Part shown: one piece after another, positions 61,637-64,000 of the stretch | How positions within the stretch are numbered: the stretch's first letter is position 1 | Layout of the letters: each line of letters starts with the position of its first letter | Assembly: GCA_051530055.1 (NCBI GenBank) | Contig: CM121341.1 | Coordinates: 7,046,784-7,110,783 of the forward strand | Source: Neoechinorhynchus agilis | Lineage: Eukaryota > Animalia > Acanthocephala | DNA: 64,000 nucleotides | Direction of reading: 5' to 3' | Notes under the pieces: model-generated | What the model saw: only the letters and a program-made list of their open reading frames with translations | The model's database searches: none | What the model was told of the DNA's origin: nothing | Program-made: the position numbers and the translations under genes

Positions 61637-63687
61637 ATGCATTATCCTCACGATTTCAATCCACCGATGCCGCCACCGCCGTACGTTCCGGGTACAAATC
61701 TTCCATTTCCACCTTACCCACCGGAATATGATCCGACGGCTATACCGTATCGAGCTTCTCAACAACCTCCATTACCATATCCGCCTCCAATGTCCGAATA
61801 TCCAGGTTTATCGTCCACAGGCGATTACTATGGACCACAATACATGCCTCCAAATCCACCACCACCACCACCACCACAATACGGTGGTTATCCGATTCCA
61901 CCACCGCCACCACCACCAGTTCCTCCCCCTCTACCACCGGCTGCATATTATCCGCCACCTCCCGTTACCGATTTGGACTACGGTCATCCTTATGTACAAG
62001 AAGGAGAACCGAAACAGCCGAGTGATGAGCTGTTTGAACGAGCTGCTCTTACAAACACTTACGTTACATACAACGTCCTTGAGAGTGACAATGATCGATC
62101 TGTTTTTAAAATCAATCTTAGAATTGATCAATATATGTTTCCAGGCGAAGGAACCTCAATGTTAGAGGCCATTAATGATGCTTGTTCGAAGGCTTTACAA
62201 CAAGGTGATATATTTAGACCAGCCAAACGGATTAAACCTGATCCGATTCTGGGTGCTGCTGCAGCTGCTGCGGCTGCTGCAAGTGGAGCGGTACGACCAC
62301 TCATATTGCCTCCTATTGGTCCATCGACTTACTCTAACGATGAAGATCACTTATTCGGATCTCAACCTAATTTGATCCAACCTTTAAAGAAGAAGGCTGA
62401 TCGTGTTCTTCGATCAGCCTTTTTATAATGGCAAATCTTATAGAAAGAGCTGAAACACCATATCAGCAAACGTTCACCAACGAATTCGGCCACCCGGACG
62501 GAATCGGTGAAACTCCATTTACTCGTATTTTAGACAAGATAATCCCTTCGGATGATTCTCAAACTGATATTGAATCTCTTTTGAGTGCAGTTGAACTTGT
62601 TCTGCGGAACTACGGCAAAGACGCTGTCACCGGAGACGATGTCGAGGAAAACGAAGTGGGCCAGTCTTTTAAGAACATTGTCCGTTTCGGTCTTTACGAT
62701 AAAGAGATAATGTTACGCGGTGAGTATGAAGCCGAACTTGCTATTGTTTGCTTTGGACGACAAGTCCGAGCTCAGCTTGTCGATAGGGTATGTGAGTTTT
62801 TAAAAAACCAACTTAATTTGAGTAAAGAAGAACAAGAGTACGAGATCGATCGACCTGACCGAACGTGGATGATTAGTGTTCGTCGAAATCAACATATTCT
62901 GTTCCTTTATTTCACATGTGAAGGAATATGGCACGTTTTAGACGATGAAGAAGACGAAGCGGATTATTTATCTCAACTACGTATTCCTCATTTTGAGTGT
63001 AGGCGTGTAAGTGCGTACGTCCGGCACAATGAATGGTTCAAACAAGCTTTGTTCCGTCGAAACAACCAATTGTGTGCTCTTCTTTTGATTCGTCATATTT
63101 GTGAAAACAATTATAGAACTTGGGGAGCCGTTCCTCTTTACTACTATGAAATCATCGTGAGTATGTGCACTGTTCATAAGTTCCAGAATCCACCATTATT
63201 GTGGATAATGAAGAAAGTGATGGAAATCGTATCCAGTGGAATTTTTATGTATGTCTGTCAGGATGAAGACAGTAGCGGACGGAAAGGAAAACGGTGCTTT
63301 GAATTCAATGATCCATCTAAAATGCCCATTGTTGTGACTAGAGAAGTCTGGCCGCTTCCTAGCTTTGAAGCGGCTTTTCGAGTTACTTGTGATGCCAATA
63401 CATGGCTCAGGTATATCGCCAGTGATGATGTTTGGGCGATTTTCGACTTCGAAGATTATTTTGATATCCTCGAGGATGAGGAAATTGAAGATTTTGACGA
63501 TCTAAAACAATTGCTAACTGATTTAGGCGATTGGGTCAGTGTCGGTGAAGAAACCGTCAGTTATCTTGTAGACGAAGTTGAACGTGATCTCGAACGTATT
63601 GTTATATTCCGACCGTTGACTATTGAACAATTGAACAATGCGGCCTTTAGTGAAGATGAATGTAAAGGGTTTGATTGCTTAAAATGA
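61637..63687 (+). CDS. Pro-rich + dsRBD + DZF-domain protein (ILF3/STRBP/ZFR family)
   Basis: dsRBD-like segment (FKINLRIDQYMFPGEGTSMLEAINDACSKALQQ) and DZF motifs (VRFGLYDKEIML.GE.EAELAIVC; LIRHIC...W..VP; KVMEIVSSGI...NDP). A 41-nt GT-AG intron (62403-62443) joins the two ORFs in frame. Confidence 0.8.
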
Positions 63688-64000
63688 ACGAATGTGCTGT
63701 CAGTGTTTAGAAAGCGATAAGTGTTAAGTTTCCATGTCTTCTCATTTTTTTGTTTATGACAAGCGAAGCTTTTTTTTGCGTTTTTAGTCTAAAAAACCTG
63801 AAGTCACACTTAAAAGAAAACGAAATGATCTTGAAGTTCAATTAAAATGTGGCACATTGACATGGTGGGAAATTGACTTCTAATTTTTGTCATCAAAAAC
63901 CCATTTAAAAGTTTTTGTGTTTCAACTTCTGCTACCTAGACTTCCTTCTTAAACATTGCAAATGTGGCATTTTGTTAAACCGTTCTTGAATTTCAAGAGC

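Noticed and set aside
62426-62430. TAATG stop-start overlap suggesting termination-reinitiation between two ORFs
   Set aside because: It lies inside a canonical 41-nt GT-AG intron (62403-62443) that fuses the ORFs in frame.

Overview
AT-rich DNA from a compact-genome animal, probably an invertebrate. The evidence is spliceosomal introns mostly 30-60 nt long, plus NKAIN, GTSF1, MVB12, a DZF protein and amidated prepropeptides. The species cannot be named from sequence alone. About 15 protein genes are present: glutathione synthetase, UBA2, NKAIN-like, SEC11, Golgi alpha-mannosidase II, Arp3, a centrin-like EF-hand protein, TFIIH p62, UBE2G1, MVB12, NDUFA12, GTSF1, NPC1, a dsRBD-DZF protein and two secreted-peptide paralogs. 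There is also a tRNA-Met. The genes are separated by about a dozen unrelated tandem arrays (monomers about 60-410 bp), hairpin/MITE-like elements and decayed CRE-clade non-LTR retrotransposon fragments. Main observations: (1) two peptide paralogs in an inverted segmental duplication are ~99% identical in the prepro region but ~50% diverged in the last 9 codons, which encode the amidated mature peptide; (2) a 1121-bp TG..CA element with a 4-bp target duplication sits inside an otherwise intact Arp3 exon and could be spliced out in frame; (3) a 3' splice acceptor lies 0-4 nt before the ATG of 8 genes, and the centrin-like gene and Arp3 are only 8 nt apart, suggesting SL trans-splicing and operon-like processing; (4) distinct tandem arrays abut the starts of many housekeeping genes. 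All exon models were made by hand. Scattered 1-nt deletions in repeat units suggest residual long-read errors, so single-base frameshifts inside repeats are unreliable.
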